This document shows, one piece after another, positions 58,746 through 64,000 of a stretch of DNA of 64,000 bases. The translations under genes were made by a program, and so were the position numbers. Positions within the stretch are counted from its first letter, which is position 1. Every line of letters begins with the position of its first letter. The notes beneath the pieces were generated by a model. The model was given only the letters and a program-made list of their open reading frames with translations, searched no databases and had not been told where the DNA came from. This DNA is from Eukaryota sp. TZLM1-RC (taxonomy: Eukaryota; Protista; Metamonada: BaSk clade), in contig JAUPSS010000006.1 in NCBI GenBank assembly GCA_040285825.1, positions 186,001 through 250,000 on the forward strand, in the 5' to 3' direction.

Positions 58746-61700
58746 ATATACGTCAAATCAGCACTTTTTACTACTAAATTGAGGACGTGGGCACACATCA
58801 TCTGCGGGAAATCAGTCCTTATTGTGTTTCTAAAATTTTTGTGGCGTTGACAATGTTTATTCCCTTATCGGTGGTAATCAAAATTATTTTTTCAGTGATT
58901 GAAAACTGATTAAACAAAATTGTCAAATATTCGGCAATGTTGTCGGCAGTATTAGAATATGGTAATACCGAAATGTCCAAAATTACCGATTGCAATCGTT
59001 AATTATCACCGATCCAGTGAAGAGTAGTTATAACGTAGTGGTGGGCAACTTGTGGATATGTGTGAAGGACCTTTCAATACGTAGCCCAACGATCATTAAC
59101 ACAAGTGGCGTCTGCTTTTGTTTGTTAGAGACATTGGTCTGTTTTTGAAGCAATCCACACTGAAGAGAAACCGATTGAACGCTGAAAGATTGAAAAATCT
59201 GGTTTTCATTGACCACAACGAGAAATTGGTGAAAGAAGGTACTAGCAGTAGACCTTATTGGTTTAGAAGTAGCTTCTTAATCTATAGTTGATGAAGACTA
59301 CGATGATCTACAGTGAGGAAGTGTAAGAAATGGATTCTGACTGGAATAATGAGGGTGTAGAAGATGAAGATAATGAAGAGCAGAATGGTTTGCTGAACCT
59401 CCTTTTGATATATCCTTGATAGATTAATTACTACTGTACCTTGTTTTGATGATTTGACCAATGTTTATTTTTAGTAAAGATTTTAAATCTACTGTATTGA
59501 ATATCCAATAAAGTTAACCAGTTGTGAAATTGATTTTATTTACCATTATGCAGACTACTATCTAATGTACCCAATGAGTGGACCCACATCCTTTAACCCT
59601 GGATATTGTTATAAATAACACAATTTTATGGTTTTTCGATACAGTAGATTCGGTTTAGTTTATTGTGCTTACATTTTGTAAAATGTACTCTTCACAAAAA
59701 CTGCAGTAGAGAAGAACTGAGCAGCACTTGGTGGAACTGTCGCCTTACTGTTGTTATTTAGTTGCTCTGGACGCTTAACCTCCCAGGGGAGTGCACGCCT
59801 TCGACGGGAAACTCATTTGACATTGGGAATGTCAGTCGATAAAAACAATCAGTCATCCAACAATTAAATTTCATTTATTCACATCTTTGTTTCTGTAAAA
59901 ATTTAAAACATCAGCAAAAGGATAAATATTCACTATACTATGTGATACTTGAACTACTTCAAGTATTTTCTTTCTGAAAAAGGTTACAGTTGAAGGAGCT
60001 GTTTTTGGTGAAAACAGTAACTTGTTCAACCAAGAAACGTGTTGTTTCACCGAGTTCGTAAAGTTGTTTCACAATAAGATCAACTTTACACACTTTACGT
60101 CTCAACCAAATTCCTTGTTTCTTGAACCGTCGCATTTGTTTTCTCTACATTAAATGCTTCAACGAACATTATAGATATTTCATCTTCCAATCATACCTTC
60201 AAAAACAAGCACATCTCTGGTTCCTGCATGAAGTTCTTCTATGTGGATGATGTGGTCTGTACCTCAGCTTTCGACTCTCTCGCTCTTGTCACGTCAGAAA
60301 TTAATTCCTTGTCCTTTGAACCGTGTCACTGGTTTGTTGAAACCATCACTTCATTGTCCATCTTTCTTTCATTTATTTCTTTTCAATACTTTGTTGTCTC
60401 TACCTTCTCATGACACAACTTTCTTTAATCAGGCGTTTCTAACTTTGAAGGAAAACCCAAAGATCGTTATCCACAAGGTCATTAAACTGTCGTATCAATA
60501 CTCATAAGGAGGAAGTGTTCACATTCAATGTGTCTCACCATTGCTGGGAGCTTCACAACGAGATAATTTCTATGTGAAAAAACTGGCAAATAGAATTGTA
60601 TCTTATTGGGAATGGTGTTTTTGGATTGGTCATCAACCTTTTTTATAATGAATTTATTTAAAAACTTTTAAATAAACATTTAAATAATGTATTTCTCCCA
60701 AGACAAGAGCACTACACCGCTGGAAGTAATTAGTCTAACTAATCAGTATCACTGATTTTATTCTGGGCTCTTTTCAAAACTGACGAAGACAAGCTAATCA
60801 AATGAACCTTCAGAGGAATACGAGCTACTCCCAACTCCCCTAGCTGACCAAACGGAGATCGCCTGCCCTTTGGTCTTTGGAAAACTGGCAGTCTTTTTAG
60901 AAATAAACCACCAAGCTCATCTACGTCGACCTGACCCTTGTTGTGCTCCTATGTGAGAATTAATGCATCAAAGAATGTAACTTTCTGAAAAAAGCGGTAT
61001 TTTTACTGACAAACACCTGTTCTTAAACCTTTACGAGAAAAAATAGAATTATTTAACTAAGTTAGCATTTGATTATATTTTCTAACGATGTACACAGTTT
61101 CTGCAATTACGATTCCAAGTCAAAAGAACTTAACATGTTACGAAGAGAGGGAAAAGTTGACTTCTCTTTGATCTTTTTTGGTAACTGAAGCAATAAAACA
61201 TGACAAAAAGTTTTATTGTTATTGTCACCATTAATGTGTTCAGAATTACGACAGATGACATTAAATCACATTATACTACATGGGATAAATTCATAAACTA
61301 CATTGTCGAATGCCCAATATTATCTAAATTGACAGATGAGTCTTGTTGGATAGCTTAATTTTGAGCAGACTCTTAGTAGTTAGAGACTCCACTAACATGT
61401 CCAAATTGGATGACAAACCGACACAAAATTGGAATGAATTTGTTGATAAAAATTATTGAAAAGTTCAACTCTAGCTAAATTATTTCAAATCAAAGAGAAC
61501 GAATAAGATGATGAAAGATTTTGACATAGAACAGTTAACGTAGATATTGTACTAGGATGCCTAAACAATTTCAATTGATGCTCTATCGAACTGTCGAATA
61601 CACAAACATTTAAGGTTTATATTGTTACATTTATGAATGTATCATCGGAATTGATACGTTTCTTTGCTATTGACAGTCAAAGGAAGTATCACATTTGTAT

Positions 61701-64000
61701 GGATCATTTCTGTTCCTTACTCGCATGTTTTTCAAAACAAAACGACTATTGAAGCAAGTGGATAAGTGTATGTTTCTATTTGATGAATTATTTTGTGAAT
61801 AAATTAAATTTATATATTTAAATAAGATGTTGTTAAAACATTTTCAAATTAACTAATAATTATAATGCAACATATTCACAACAACATCACTGTGATTTGA
61901 CATGATGTCAATTCTAATTGTCATTGGTTATTAAGTCCACTAATCACTGACAAATAGCATTATAAGCAATGAATCAATGAGGGAAACTGGATTTGCATAC
62001 ACCACATCACATACTTTTCATCAGAAAATGAAGTTTAAAATTGAATTCGTATTTTCAAATGAATAATTTTAAATGGTTTACATGCTGTATTGGAAGAAAT
62101 TCTATTTCATTTGTCAACCCGATCGATCGGAATTTGCTGTTTGAAACAGTAACTGTAAACATTACAGAAATCCTTTCAAGATATCCTCTGAAACCTTGCC
62201 AACCCAACTCTCTTCATTCTTGGTTTAGTTCTTGCACTTTATCTGCTTTCCTTACATCACCTCCAGTCATCTTGTTCTTCTAATGGTGTTGGTTGTTCTA
62301 CACCATCCTCCTCTGTGAATGATGCTTTGAAAACTTCTGCCATCTCATTTTCCTATTGAACTATTGTCATTACCTCAAGTCTCCCCATGCTTTGTGATCT
62401 CAAATATTATCCTTTCTTTCACTCCAATCACTCCTCTCCGACTCCACATTCTCAACTTTCCTTCCAGTTGGTGTACATGATATCTTTTATTTTGCATTCC
62501 CTAGCTGTTGTTCTATTCCATTTCATCAATCAATGTCAAAGGATCAACACGTGGAAGGTTGGGTAATTTTTTGGAAGTACATGGGACTCGAACCCAGAAC
62601 CCTAATTGGGTTATTTTGCTTCAAATTTTGAATTTTCAATCTTCAGTGGTCTTTGTCAGCTGACATGTGACCTTTTCTTCTTTTGCTGGTTTTTTCGTTG
62701 TTCAATTTTCAAATTGTTCTAATCTCAAACTATTGTTGCAAGGGATGTCAACATAAGAAAAACTTGTGTTTATGCTTCAACTAATCATTACTTTTCAACT
62801 AGTTCAATGCTGGGTACGACTGATATTGAATTTGAGAATGTTGAAAGTTTTTGATTTCAGGAGTGATATCCATGTCAAAACTCCAAATTATGACTAAATT
62901 ATATCACCACTAATAATGATTTTTGTCACTATTTAGCTGATATAATTTGGAGTTATCATCGACGTGTTGAGCCATCATGTTCATTTATTACTTCAGCAAA
63001 GTTAATCATTATTGAAACTGCTGCATTTAATTATCAATTTGTGTAAAAAAAATTGTCTTCATGTAGAAACTGTTGTTTGTTTCAACGAAGTTAATTCTAA
63101 ACAATTAATTTTATGGACTCAATTTTACATTGCACATATTTTACTTGCAAAATATTTGTTTTGTTGTTGGAATTATAATCACAATGGTTCCATTTGGTTT
63201 TATTTATTTGGTTATTTGGTTTTCAGGACCAATTCTCCGCACACTTGGTTATTTAGAAACTGTTCTTGTTTGTGGTTCAACTACCACAGATGATTACCTT
63301 GAAGTAACCAAAACTACTTGATTTTTTTAAAATTTAGAGTCTCTACAAAATATTGAGAGTAATTCTCTTTATTTTGAATCTCTATTTATAAATACATAAG
63401 CGACTGAGTAATCATCAATCATTCAGTTTGTAATTGATTGAGGTTGATTACGGTCAAGAAAGATTTGAATACGTGTGTCTGTATAGTCTACATGTTTTTG
63501 GATCTTTGTAGGTTTAATGCTTACAACAATTTTATTAATGAATTAATTTGAGGGTTTCTTTTTTTACCTCGACATGATTAATTCATTTTTTTCTTTTATT
63601 TATTTTTATATTTAAGATAGGTTTAATTATGAGATGACTAAAGCAGCATCGATCTTTTGAATTTCTTCCTTTACTGTCATATTCTCTTTTCTAAAGATTA
63701 TCAATTTTCTGAAAAAATATATTCCTCCATTTTATTTTCACAAAACTACAGCACTTCTAAACTTCTGCTTGTTCAGTAGCTGGAAAGTTTATTTGAGGGT
63801 TAAAACAATGTTTAACATAAGAAAAGATACTTTTTCAAGAAATTGTTGCTCACAGATGTATTTCGTACATATCTTGCTCGTACATGCTGCTTGAATCGAA
63901 ATCATTCTGATTGTCCTTCTTAATCAAAGTTTGGTTAAAAAGATACAATATTCAAGCCTGATTGAAAGTTTGTTGCCGCAGACTCAATCAAAGTTTGGTT

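Noticed and set aside
59900-61750. Possible Tc1 HTH and hAT (ITTD) remnants
   Set aside because: Single weak motifs with no TIR or TSD found.

Overview
AT-rich, gene-poor eukaryotic (probably protist) DNA read in the standard code, with a few very short GT-AG introns. Bases 1-22 kb hold a small island of host genes: TTC4/Cns1, a REEP/Yop1 protein, a long coiled-coil protein, an intron-split INO80E-like gene and MPP6. Most of this island is bracketed by an inverted duplication of a RING-kinase-coiled-coil-SPRY gene whose SPRY domain is strongly diversified. Bases 22-64 kb are a nested graveyard of mobile elements: RLE-type non-LTR retrotransposons, hAT MITEs, MULE remnants, Gypsy integrase-chromodomain ends, a young gag-only LTR element with its empty site in a sister copy, several Fanzor1-like remnants, a CRESS-type HUH Rep fragment, and a ~7.7 kb tandem duplication. 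Three signals stand out. (1) Short-LTR elements have an AT palindrome instead of a tRNA primer-binding site after the LTR, with a compensatory variant. (2) One such LTR is followed directly by a Fanzor1-like gene. (3) The RING-kinase-SPRY paralogues look like a TRIM-like receptor pair under diversifying selection. All homology calls are motif recognition by eye, with no database search.
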